A stretch of 64,000 nt of DNA, counting the filler, from Mitosporidium daphniae (taxonomy: Eukaryota): assembly GCF_000760515.2 (NCBI RefSeq). It is 7 parts of 7 records of this genome, joined end to end, with 100 filler letters (N's around TTAATTAATTAA, not from the genome) between each part and the next. Parts side by side here need not be neighbours in the genome. Positions count along the whole stretch, not along the records: positions 10,392 to 20,676 come from NW_013546683.1; positions 20,777 to 31,000 come from NW_013546682.1; 5 more parts are not named here. One strand, 5' to 3'. The notes beneath the pieces were generated by a model, which did not search any database, was not told where the DNA came from, and saw nothing but the letters and a program-made list of their open reading frames with translations. How positions within the stretch are numbered: position 1 is the stretch's first letter; each line of letters begins with the position of its first letter. The translations under genes and the position numbers were made by a program. Positions 14,656-25,712 of this stretch are shown in pieces.

Positions 14656-16779
14656 TTAAACAGGAGGCGCTTGTGAACACGAGCGGAATAAACAGCAATT
14701 GGCTCCAGACGTCGGACGGCGGGTATTGTTCGATTTTGCGCAACAACAAAATATTGAAGATATGCACGATAACACGGCGCCAACACAGCCAAAAAATTTT
14801 AGCAACATAAAGACGACAACCCAGAACAGGAATACGGCGCCCCCAACAAATCCTATCAAGGGGTAATAGTGCATTTTGGACTTTGGGACCCACCAGATTG
14901 GCTCTGGTAAATCGGAAAACTTGCCAACTGTATTTGTGATGACAGCATCCACACCGAGGCACCATGCCTGCGAGTAAAGATACTTTTCATTGAGAACATA
15001 CATACACATCCAGAATGGCTTTGGCTCTTTAACAGCATCATTTTCAGATTTTGTTGGATGCAATGCTAACGAAGCCTTTACCTTCTTCACCAGCCCACTC
15101 CATCCCTTTTTCCATGCCTTGAGGCTTTGGGTGGGCGGTGGCAGGCCACGCACGCTTCGGATCGCTTGAGTAGAGACAAAATACTCCACATTCAGCCCTT
15201 TGCTTGAGGGCGCCGGGAGGTTCCCCATTAATGCAGCAGACTTGTCCCCAATTTTAATTGAAGCTTCTTTTTTCTTCGCAACCGATCCCCCCTTTGAAAT
15301 AAGATCGGCAACCTCATAGTTAACGGCTGAAGGGGACGCTGGAAACGCATTCTCTAGCGAAGGCTTCACATTGAGCAACACCACCTGGGGCGAAACATTG
15401 GGAACGGACTCGATTACAGATTGAACGAGATCATTGTGCTTGCCCTTAAAGGGATGGTCCTGAGCTTTTGGTGAGCGAAGATCAAAAATTATCCTCTTAC
15501 TGGGATATTGGACGAGAAGCTCAAGAACAGCCTTGAATGTGGGGATTTTTTCGCCCTCCGTTGCACCCAAAAGAGTTAATTGTTCCAAATCTTGCATGGA
15601 AAAGCTTTCGGCTGCATTTGAGCTTCGATCTGAGAATACAGATCTGATATTTGTAGTTCTTAATAGCAAATCATCGTGAAAACAAAACGGAATTCCATCA
15701 TTCGATATTGTCACGTCGGTCTCTATGCCAAAAACCTCTGAATGCTCCAGTGCAGCCTTGAATGCAGAAATGCTGTTCTCCGGAATGCCTCCCTCTGTCA
15801 ATCCACGATGAGCAAATAGCTTTGGCTTCGGGGGAAGTTCATCCCCGCTGAGAAAATGGGCAGAATCGAACCACAGCGGGAGGGATGAAAAAAACACGGC
15901 ACCGCCCCATATGACGAACGTCCCGACTGTCAATAGACTTAATACTCTGACTCCCCTGATCGACATAGAGCAAGGAGGCGACCTTTCGTTGGGATTATAT
16001 TTACATGCATGAGACAGGGCTGATGACCACGCTAGCAAAAGCGGAAGACCAGCAACGGCATATAACGACTGAACAACGAGAAAGGTTGGCGGAAGAAAAG
16101 ATTCCAACAGTCGCACAGGCGCCATAAATAGCTGCGGTGCAAACCGCCAAACCAAAATTGGAGCAGCGCCAAGGGTGGCAATCAAAATCACAATGTTGAC
16201 GATAAAATGAAAATATCCAATTGACATCCTAATTTTGGCTGCATGGATACCCGTAGCATTTTCATTTCTGGGCCTCCAAGAGGAAATCCAAAACTTGCGA
16301 ATCGGGTGAAAGTAGAAAAGCAGACCCGTATATGCCCAAAAAATCCAAATTGCACACCAAATCAGCGAAGCATACGGCAAGGGATACCCAGTAACGTATC
16401 CTGTGATTGCATATGTAATTTCGTTCCAATCGTTTTTCAGGGAAAAATAGAAGAAATTCCATGCGCTAAGCACGAGAAAATTTACGGAAATCATAATACA
16501 TCCAACAAGATAGCATATGGGAATATATATTGAAGCGGGGCTTAGAATGATGGGTGCTTTTGCGTGTTTTTTGGCGGCATGTTTTGGATCTGGCTCTTTT
16601 TTTGAAGAAGCAGCGGGGGTGTCTTTTTTTGGCTCGGAAGCTGCATTTTTCGATGCCGATAAAGAAATTAAGGGGATTTCCTTCTTAGGCGAGTTGCTTT
16701 GAAGTTCGGAACTTTCCGGTATGGCATATTTGCTGTCTTTAGGTTTAGGGAACAACTTGCTAAAAGGATTCACAACCAT
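14656..16779 (-). CDS. Multi-pass membrane glycerophosphodiester phosphodiesterase (GDPD5/GDE2-like)
   Basis: N-terminal TM helices; PKPKLFAHRG, PENSISAF, GIETDVTISNDGIPFCFHD, LLRTTN and AWCLGVDAVITN; C-terminal TM; intronless. Confidence 0.88.
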   Translation of the reverse strand: MVVNPFSKLFPKPKDSKYAIPESSELQSNSPKKEIPLISLSASKNAASEPKKDTPAASSKKEPDPKHAAKKHAKAPIILSPASIYIPICYLVGCIMISVNFLVLSAWNFFYFSLKNDWNEITYAITGYVTGYPLPYASLIWCAIWIFWAYTGLLFYFHPIRKFWISSWRPRNENATGIHAAKIRMSIGYFHFIVNIVILIATLGAAPILVWRFAPQLFMAPVRLLESFLPPTFLVVQSLYAVAGLPLLLAWSSALSHACKYNPNERSPPCSMSIRGVRVLSLLTVGTFVIWGGAVFFSSLPLWFDSAHFLSGDELPPKPKLFAHRGLTEGGIPENSISAFKAALEHSEVFGIETDVTISNDGIPFCFHDDLLLRTTNIRSVFSDRSSNAAESFSMQDLEQLTLLGATEGEKIPTFKAVLELLVQYPSKRIIFDLRSPKAQDHPFKGKHNDLVQSVIESVPNVSPQVVLLNVKPSLENAFPASPSAVNYEVADLISKGGSVAKKKEASIKIGDKSAALMGNLPAPSSKGLNVEYFVSTQAIRSVRGLPPPTQSLKAWKKGWSGLVKKVKASLALHPTKSENDAVKEPKPFWMCMYVLNEKYLYSQAWCLGVDAVITNTVGKFSDLPEPIWWVPKSKMHYYPLIGFVGGAVFLFWVVVFMLLKFFGCVGAVLSCISSIFCCCAKSNNTRRPTSGANCCLFRSCSQAPPV

Positions 16780-16904
16780 GGCCTAGTGAGAATGTCCGTG
16801 AGCCATCGCTATCTAGAGAGACATTGCAAACAATTGGAACAAAGGTGAATTAAATTTAAATTCGGACGAATCGGACAATTTTGGTGAATTTATTATTCGA
16901 CCAA

Positions 16905-18721
16905 TCAAATGAAATCTTGACTATCGAAGCCATCGTCGTCGGCAGCATCGTCTGCACCCAATATCATTGAATCCTCGTCCTCGTCGTTCTCAGAATTAAT
17001 ATCGGAATCTTTTTGTGAACTTTTCGACTTGCCGCCTTTAGAAGGATTTGCTCCATTATCGCCCTCTTTGTCGCCGATGGAGGAAAGTTGAGTGGCCATT
17101 AGGCCTTCTGTATATGTTTCCTGGGGATAGCGCAGGGCACTTTGAGCAGATCCTTTTGCCTTCAAGCAAAAGACAGTTCTTGAGGCCAGAGTCTTTTGGG
17201 GCTCAGAAGTGGCATAGACGTTGGAAGTTGGCTGTGTCAAAAGAACCCCGTCCTCAATGTTGCCCTTCAGTATGCCATCGGATATTGCCTGAACAATAAG
17301 AAATTCCAACTGCTGTTTAATGGGGTGGTTATTACCTCTTTTTCCGAGTTGATATGCAGCTTCAACGCAATATCACCAAGAGAAATGCGAGAATACGCTA
17401 AAGAGACCAAACGCAATCCGGCTCTAATCACGCAGTTTCTCAATCTGAACGTAAAAAAGGCTTGGCAATACCTGACGACAAGATCGATCAGCTTATCCTT
17501 TTCATAGTTCAACCTGAATTTGGACATTGTCTGCTCGAAAAGCGAAATGTCTCCCTTTCTGACAACTAATGATAAAGCTAGGCACTAGAGACCTTGTACC
17601 AAACTAAAATATGGCTGCAGGGATTGCTCCAAAATTGTGCTCTTTTCAAACAAAGACCGTTCTGGAAGTTCTCCAGCCAAAAGAAGCACGACCACAAGTA
17701 GCTTTTGCACCGATTGCTGGAACCCAATGGCAACAGACGAAGACTGAGGGCCACGTCGGACACTTTCGTTTAGCAGATCTGCCGCAACATGATAAGACCC
17801 TCGCACGGCATGTATGAGGCCTACCATGATTCAAAAGCTATGGAATACCCAAATAATAAAGATGGCGAGCATGTTGATTATTGTCTGCCTTTTCCGGGAA
17901 TGTTGTTCGGGACACAAACGCAGCTGCTTGTTCGTAATCATTTAGTAGAACGTAGCAACGAAGAATAAGATTGATCAGTTGAGCTTGACAAGCCTCGTCT
18001 CCGCGAACACAAAAGGATCTAAATGCGAGCAGCAGATTTCTACAAAGTAAATGGCCAATTGTGGTACTTTAAAAGAGGCCTTACAAGGCCAGCTCTTTCA
18101 TATGCAAGCGAATTTAAATAAAATAGCTTTGCCGAGAAGGTGTCAAGTTCCCTGCGATTTACGGTCAATACAAATTTTGAAAGAAAAAAGGTAAAAAGGC
18201 ATGCCTTTCTATTCAACTCCTTGGAGGGGTTGATCTTCTGCATGTTTAATAGGCTGAAGGACACCAAAAGACCGAGAAATAGCAGTGACCCACAGAACTT
18301 TTCTTCCGATAAATTTCCGCTGACCTCTTGATCACCAAGTCCGCAGAGTAGAAACTGGACCGAAGAACGGCTCAGTGGAAGTTCATCAGCTAAACATTAA
18401 GCAAAGCCGTGCATACTGATTTCCTGTAAGATTTGACAAAGTTTTTTGGGGCAATTGAGAGTAAAAATCAGTTTTTTCAAACTGTACAAACCGGAAAGAA
18501 TTTTTGCCATATGATCTTCCTCACATGAAAGCATGTAAAGGTCCAATTCACAAAGACAGTGGCGAATTTCTACCAATAAAGCAAAATAGGGTACCTTTAG
18601 CGATTGCCCGTTCGATATTGGTATCACCGTTACAAGTTTCCCCAGCAGAGCAAGGGATATTTGCGTTTAACGGTGGAGCGTCGTTAACCGGTTTCATTTC
18701 AACAACACAGGCGGAAGACAT
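16905..18721 (-). CDS. RPN3: 26S proteasome lid subunit Rpn3 (PSMD3), multi-exon
   Basis: VVLLLAGELPERSLF, RLRNCVIRAGLRLVSLAYSRISLGDIA, VYATSEPQ...ALRYP. Confidence 0.9.
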
Positions 18722-18783
18722 CACGAACTTGTTAAAATTGAAAATTTGGATTTTAAATTTTATTGATCAAACATATCCCATTG

Positions 18784-20171
18784 ATGAATCCGCGTCAGAT
18801 CAATTCCAGCAAAGCAGTTCGAAAAGAAATGGCGAAAAAGCCTGTTGAGGAGGATCGGTCGCCAGCACCATTGCCTTTGGTGTTGCGATTCTTTGGGCTT
18901 GAAATCCCTTGGCTTTCACTGTCAAATTTAAAAAACTATTCGTACAAGTCGAAGGATTATTCCTTTATCGCCAATTATGTTTTGAAGCATTATTGGAACT
19001 GGGCTGCAGAGTTTTTCCCCATGTGGATGGCGTAATTTTTGCGTGCTAATACATGTAGACCCAATGTGATTACGCTATCTGGGTTTTTCTTTACCATTTT
19101 TGGCGTGGTTCTTTTGTCGATGGTGTCGCCTGATTTGAAAACAGAAACGCACAGCTTTGTATATTTCATTTTTGCTCTTTGTGTTTGGTTAAATTCGACA
19201 TTTGATAATGTGGACGGTAAACAGGCTCGACGAACCAACTCTTCGTCCGCACTTGGGGAATTGTTTGACCACGGCTGTGATGCGCTGTGCGTCAACGTAA
19301 TGGCGGTCTTTCTTATCGGTTTAGTTTGTTTACGCAATGCAGATCGCCAGCCTTGGCATAGGAGGGGATCTGTTTTTCATTGGCTTTCCATTGATTCTTG
19401 TTGCTTCGTTTTTCCTATGCACGTGGGATACCTTCCATACTGGATGCCTAAACCTGGGATACATTAACGGACCTACTGAGGGAATAATCATCAGCGTTTC
19501 GATGTTTCTAACCACGGCTGTCTATGGTACGGCTCGTTTTATGATATTAGGAATCTCCTTTTGGAAAATGCCCTTTTATACGTTGACCTATGGGCATTCG
19601 ACGCTTGAATTGACTCGCCTAGATGCGGCTTACTATCTTTTAGTATTTCTCTTTTTTACGTATCAGCTTCCGTCTTGGTAAAAAATCTCTCCTTATGTTT
19701 AGCATCATTTCTGTGATTTTGAAGCGCAAGCCCTCATCGTCGCGCCTGGGAATACTTTTGTCGCTGTTCCCGATCCTCTATTTTTCGGGGTGCTTTTTTT
19801 TCTGGGCCAGTGGCGCATATTCTTTGGCATACGTTAAATACCCAATAATTTATATCTGCTCGTTTGCACTTGTTTTTGGAAGAATGACCACTAAAATCAT
19901 TTTGTCCCATGTCACGGCATCTCCGTTCCCCTACTTTACGGTTTTGATGATCCCCATCGGCGTGGGCTCCATTTTGGCAAACTTTTGGAGCAGGTAGAGA
20001 GTTCATCCAATGCTTGATTTTAGGTTTTTGGAGTACGAACTTTACTTTTTGTTCGGCTTTCTAATATTTGCTCTGCATGCCTACCTTCTTTGGGCATATG
20101 CAGTGATAGTGCAGCTATGCAATTTTTTAAATATACAGTGTTTTCATTTAAACAAACAAAATAAAAATTGA
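18784..20171 (+). CDS. Choline/ethanolamine phosphotransferase (CEPT/EPT1/CPT1 family), multi-exon
   Basis: CDP-alcohol motif DNVDGKQARRTNSSSALGELFDHGCD; YSYKSKDYS; YINGPTEG. Confidence 0.93.
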
Positions 20172-20247
20172 ACTTGTCGCATTTGCAAGAATGTTCTGGA
20201 ACACTAACGCCGTGCATGCATAAATTGGGTTGAAATTTTGGGTGTTT

Positions 20248-20455
20248 GCTTGTATCAAACATCGCTACGAAGCCGGTCCCGTTTGGGGGTGTGCTTTGGG
20301 GAAAGTCCTCGGACGGCCGTGTTTCACATGGTTTCACTGAAAGAGTGGCGCTTTAATTGCGTTTGGTGCCTTTGGCATCCTCTCGTCATATTGATAGTAA
20401 TGCGATGGGCGGAAAGTGATTTCTGCTAACTCAATGAGGCTTACTTGGTACAAGC
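20248..20455 (+). ncRNA. RNase MRP RNA
   Basis: P1 GCTTGTATCAA/TTGGTACAAGC; P2 CATCGC/GCGATG; CR-I GAAAGTCCTC (20301-20310) pairing with GAGGCT (20436-20441); P8 CACT-GAAAG-AGTG with GARAR loop (20335-20347); CR-IV ATAGTAA; followed by TTTTT. Confidence 0.88.
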
Positions 20456-20567
20456 CATTTTTAAAAACCATTTTTTGAATGATGAATACAATTAGTTCTG
20501 ATTTTTGATGAACTTCAAACCGAGCTTTTTAATTCTGACATCCCTCCTTTTTATTGTTGCCTCCTAA

Positions 20568-20676
20568 ATAGGTAGATAAGTGCATGCATAGGTAGACAAG
20601 TGCATGCATAGGTAGACAAGTGCATGCATAGGTAGACAAGTGCATGCATAGGTAGACAAGTGCATGCATAGGTAGA
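20568..20676. repeat. 20-bp tandem repeat ATAGGTAGACAAGTGCATGC, about 5.5 copies, running into the contig end
   Basis: Directly visible; first copy has one substitution. Confidence 0.97.
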
Positions 20677-20776
20677 NNNNNNNNNNNNNNNNNNNNNNNN
20701 NNNNNNNNNNNNNNNNNNNNTTAATTAATTAANNNNNNNNNNNNNNNNNNNNNNNNNNNNNNNNNNNNNNNNNNNN

Positions 20777-21830
20777 GGGAAGAACATGAAGGGCCCGTCG
20801 CCAAAGATCCATTTGACACCAATGCAACAGGTGAAGGGTTTGAGCAGAGGTTGGAAACCCATTCTTGGGCCATTTCAATTCTTGAACATAGCGAGAGCGA
20901 GGGGTTTGATTCCTTTTTGGGAGATGCTGCAGTGGCCTGATGCAGAAGGCAGTAGGACACAAGCGGAACAAACTTGAGCAAGGAAGGTAAATAAACCAAA
21001 AAGTGATAGGGATCCACATGGTGGGTATGCACTTTGAGAATGGAAAAGGATTTTACGAGAAAATTTGAAATCTCATCAAAACAAAGCAGCACCCTTCTTT
21101 TCGTCACTAAATTTAGCTTGCAAGCTTTGGTACATAAATCATGCAGCTCAGATGGAAAAGTCAAATATGCGTACAAAGCGATAAACACAAGAGCAAGGGC
21201 GAAGATTTCCGGCTTTCGACCTTGCGATAAAAAGGAGTGGGTGTATATCAGATCAAAAAGAGACTTTATCATCGGCAATAGCAGTTGGATTGATGGCAAA
21301 GTTGAGCAAAAATGGATTTCAGAACCGGTTATGATTTGATTGAGATACACTTCGAAAAGATTTGCACAGGGACACACCGATACGCAAGTTTCGAGGCGAG
21401 TGTTAAATAGCGGCTTAAATTTCTGGGCACACTTTACAAAAGCGGAAACGGGAACCTTTGCTATCGATGACAGGTATCCCAAAGGGACGGATTTCCCTTC
21501 TCTCCTCATTACGAGGTAAATCGAGGCGGGTGGGATGCATTTTGAAAAGCGTCCCTTGTATCCCTGCTCCAAAAGAGTTGTGGAGACGTGAATGCACTCT
21601 GAAATAATCGACGACAGCCCAAGCGGAGTGCATATTCCAGCAATTAGCCTTTTCATTTTCACAGTTAATGGCTCCTTGAAGCGATATCGAAAGGGAAGCG
21701 ACAAAGATATAGGAGCTCTCGTTTGAGTGCTGGAGATTTCGAAATTCGAGACCTCGCACAGAATAAGACCGCAAGAGCAGCAAACAAGGTCGACGGAGTC
21801 ATCAAGTGAAAAACGGCCCAGTTTTGCAAA
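20777..21830 (-). CDS. TFIIB-related factor (BRF-like), 3' truncated, start unresolved
   Basis: In-frame DLVCCSCGLIL half zinc ribbon; cyclin-fold motifs KGR...PASIYLVMRREGK and QGRKPEIFALALVFIA. Confidence 0.65.
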
Positions 21831-22604
21831 TTAAAATTGGCAGCCATTTAAAGCATGTGGTGGATGCGCAGTGTTTTCTAAAGCCTCCACGATGACATAC
21901 GCTCGATGCATTTAATCCATCATTCGTGTATTGTGTGTTTATCGGGATGCAAGCAGGTAAGAATGTTTATGATGCACACTTCCATTATTTTGATGATGCC
22001 TTGTGATTACAAAACATGCACCACCGACTGAAACCTTCTGATTTTTAGGATTGTTAGCAACCGAAGCCAACGCAAGGCATTTCCAGCGAATGGAGAGGAT
22101 TTCATTGCTCATGCCGAAAAGGGTAGGCTCTTTTCTGGCATTTATGGGTGGATGACACCCATTATTTTGGCATTATTTTGCATTGCTTATTTACCGTTGT
22201 AGAGGTACGGTACCGCGTGTACAATTGCTGTGATGATGACTTTGAAATCCGTGTTTCAAATGAGTTGATGATTCTTGATTTTTTTGAGCAGACTTACACC
22301 TATAGGCTGTTGTCTGCGTGCTTGATTGCATCCAAACCTGTTCGTTTGCCCAGTAAACTATATCAAGCAAATATAAAGCACATCGAAAAGGGTGTGAGCT
22401 AAGGCATCATCACTATGTCTTGTATAGGGTTACGATTTTTATGTAAAACGAGAGGCAAGCTAAAGGTTGTTTGTGATAAATTGGGGCTTCAAAACATTCA
22501 ACAGACTATTTACTCATAGCCTCTTGAATGGCTCGTGATTAACCATCTGGTTGTTTATTTGTTTTTTTTGTGATTTTTCACATGCATAACAGTTTGTTTA
22601 TTTC

Positions 22605-22642
22605 TTTGGCTATAAACAAACACAGCACATTTTGGCTATAAA
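22605..22642 (+). promoter_or_regulatory. Duplicated TATA-like motif TTTGGCTATAAA
   Basis: Identical 12-mers at 22605-22616 and 22631-22642, upstream of ATG 22676. Confidence 0.5.
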
Positions 22643-22675
22643 TATGCCGTTTCTATCGCGAGTAGTCATCGCCTT

Positions 22676-24226
22676 ATGATATCAAAGAATTTTTTCTGTG
22701 TTTTTGCGTTAGTTTGCTTTTTTCTTACTGCCCTTGCTGCTTCAACTTCAGTGCAACCTGGTGTTTACGCAGAAAATATCACCTCTTCTATTTCAAATGG
22801 AACTTCCAGCACATTTGTTATCCACTCCACGGGCCTTTCTGTGGTGGTTGATACCACTGCTCCCATTTATTCCAACTCTAGTGTTTCTATAACTTGGAAT
22901 TTCTCCGCTGGGTTTGAAGCAGAGGCTACACTTGTTCTCATCAGCTTAAAAGATCCAACTTTTGTTTACACTCAGATAACTGTTAAAGATAATGGAACTG
23001 CAACGGTTAAGTTGGAGGATTTTGGAGATCTAAATACTTCTCTCAGATACTTCAATATCAGTGTCTCAAATAAATTTGGTTCTAGCATATCAAACACTTT
23101 CACTGTCCTTTCTAAAGACGAACTCAAAATCACGCTCAACACGGTAAAATTATCTCATGGACAAAAGCTTGGTATTACTTGGCAGCCAATTAATACCCTG
23201 GGTCTCGCAAATGTTTCCATCATTCGTCTTTCAAATGGAACAGTCACATCGATCGAATCCAATATCGCTGATACTGGCTCTTTAACTGCCGATATTACTT
23301 CTGCACCCGGTGCGTATCAGGTCATTGTCAACTCTTCAATTGGCAGTGGTGTTTCCGAGATTTTTCAAGTTAGGAAATCATTTGAAGTCACTCTTAATCC
23401 AAACAACATCTCCTCTGCCGATCCCAAAACCACAGTATCCTGGAATCTATACGATGAATATCAAAACATGGTTAATCTTTGTATCTACAAAGAGGAGTTT
23501 AAACTTTACACAATAAAAGTCAAGAACAACGGCTCCCACTCACTTGATCTTACTAAAATGGACTTGCCTCTGGGCCTATATGGCATTGCTATTGAGTCAC
23601 ATATGGGCAATGGAATCTCGGATTTGTACATCTACAGCAGTTCTGGCTTAGTTGTTTCTTCTCCAAATGCCACATCATCTATTTTCAACAACACAGAAGC
23701 AATCCGTGTCGAATGGGCTCCATTCGATATAGATGGCGAGGTTGTTGAGATTACTCTGGTCAACAATAATACAGGTGCCGAAGTTGTGAAGATAGCTGAA
23801 AACACCGGATCTTATGATGTTAATATTTCCGAGTTGAATATTCCAGTCGGAACTTACCATGTTATTGTAAGCTCAGAGTTGGGTGCTGGCACATCGTCTC
23901 CATTTATCCTTCGCTATGCTCAAAACCTCAGCATTGTCTCTCCAAATGCAACGACCGATGTTTCCAAATATGGCTCACTTATATTTAACTGGTTTCCAAC
24001 AAATCTGGCAGGCGGAAATGTGTCCATATACATCTATCAGCCTTCAAACGAAGCTATTGTTTATGGTCCGTTCAGCACTGTTGATGATGGAAATGCAGAA
24101 TTAAATCTTGCAAAGAAATTGATTACCAAGAATCTTGTGGTAGATGATAGCCTTTCTGTTGCTGGTATTGATTCTGTTGCTGCCTCTGGTGTCCTTAATC
24201 GCAAAAAATCTTCATTCCCAAAATAA
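22676..24226 (+). CDS. Secreted glycoprotein with about five ~90-aa beta-sandwich-like repeats
   Basis: Signal peptide; repeated units carrying ITW/VSW/VEW/FNW...(N/D)xG...SxxGxGxS; many N-x-S/T sequons; intronless. Confidence 0.75.
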   Translation: MISKNFFCVFALVCFFLTALAASTSVQPGVYAENITSSISNGTSSTFVIHSTGLSVVVDTTAPIYSNSSVSITWNFSAGFEAEATLVLISLKDPTFVYTQITVKDNGTATVKLEDFGDLNTSLRYFNISVSNKFGSSISNTFTVLSKDELKITLNTVKLSHGQKLGITWQPINTLGLANVSIIRLSNGTVTSIESNIADTGSLTADITSAPGAYQVIVNSSIGSGVSEIFQVRKSFEVTLNPNNISSADPKTTVSWNLYDEYQNMVNLCIYKEEFKLYTIKVKNNGSHSLDLTKMDLPLGLYGIAIESHMGNGISDLYIYSSSGLVVSSPNATSSIFNNTEAIRVEWAPFDIDGEVVEITLVNNNTGAEVVKIAENTGSYDVNISELNIPVGTYHVIVSSELGAGTSSPFILRYAQNLSIVSPNATTDVSKYGSLIFNWFPTNLAGGNVSIYIYQPSNEAIVYGPFSTVDDGNAELNLAKKLITKNLVVDDSLSVAGIDSVAASGVLNRKKSSFPK

Positions 24227-25712
24227 GAGGTCAAATAAAGTAGAATTTGAAAGATATGGCATATGTCCATCGTTTTCGTGTCTGGTTGTGTGTTTTGAGC
24301 TGCTATAGCATTTAATTATATCACAAACTTTTAATACTTTATGAGGCTCTCCAAATGACCGAGGACGTCTATGTATTGCGGCCATAGGTTTTCAAGACCA
24401 AAATCAAGGTTAAGAGGACACGGATTGGTAAATTTGGAGTTAGGGTTGTAATTAACAACATTGATGCACATGTAAACAACAACAGCCAAATAGGCTCAAA
24501 ATGATCAATACATTTGATTTCAGAATGCCTTTGTTGCAATTTAGACCGATAAAGACCATCTGGTTGGATTTAGGGTTTAATGCATGTGATTCCATCAAGC
24601 TAAAGCTCTTGACCACATAAAGGAGGGATTCTTTACCTCCTCAATGCTGTCTTCAATGAATATGTTTCAAACAGAAGATAACTGCATCAACTAACTTTTT
24701 AACTGAACCATCTGCTTGTTAGGTTGAAGTGTGTTATACGGGACGCATCGCCCTAGCCAATAATTTGATTTTGAATCTCAATTCAACAGGGCCATGCGCA
24801 CAAATCTTGGATAGTTGCTGCTTTTTTCTTATCAAGTTCCCAAGATTCTTGGCTAGATTCTTGTTGCTGCCACTAATTCCTTTGCGCAATGCAACGATGA
24901 TCCCTCATTCAAGTTATATGATGCAATTAATGGCAGTAAACGCTCGGAGCTGCTTCCATCATATAGCGACACACTTAAAAATGTCGTCAAAAACTGGGGA
25001 TAACTATAAGGAGAACCCCGATCAGGATGGCTAGGGTTATAATCTAATATCCTTTATGTCGTAATAACCAGAGTTATGCAAAGGGACACTTGGTTTGGTT
25101 GGGTTTAGGGGGTAGTTTTTAGGCGGCTGTTTATTTTATAATTCGAGCGAGCCAGGGTTTGACTGATCACTATGCTTTAGGTCGGGATCAGACCCTGGTT
25201 TTTGCAAAGAGCTATCAATTGACCGCGAGCTAGCAGCTTATTAAGCATAAATCAACAGATTTTATTGGGTTTAGTAATTCAATCCAAAACGGAAATACTC
25301 AAGAGGAGCTAATTAGCGGGTGTGTGCTGTGTAACTAAAACACTAAACACAAGATCGGCTATTGCAAATGTGTAAGCTAATTTGACTCGAGTGGATAAAT
25401 TGGAGCTTTAAATGAATTAAAAGTGTGCAAGAACGAATGAAGTTCTCAAAAATACGAGAAAATAACCGATAGCCGATCGTTACTTTCCGGAATCTCATGA
25501 CAAATGCGTGGTCGCCATAAGCATAGAATTGTAGGCCCCTTAATTGTAATATTAAAATTTAAAATCTGTAAAATGTAAGCAGATTCGGGAAAGTTTAAAT
25601 GTTCGATTTGCACGTGATCTGCGGAGTACATCAGCGCCAATAGCCTTCATTTTAATATCACTAATTAAAAACTGCATTTTACATCTCAGGCCGCTTTTAC
25701 TGCACGGAAACG

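Noticed and set aside
20020..20460. ORFs 20020-20337 (-) and 20238-20429 (+), and a histone-H3-like ATGGCTTGTACCAAG on the minus strand
   Set aside because: Explained by the CEPT last exon and the RNase MRP RNA; the H3-like stretch is the P1 strand and meets a stop at once
20568..20676. CRISPR array
   Set aside because: Head-to-tail repeats without unique spacers, no cas genes, eukaryotic context
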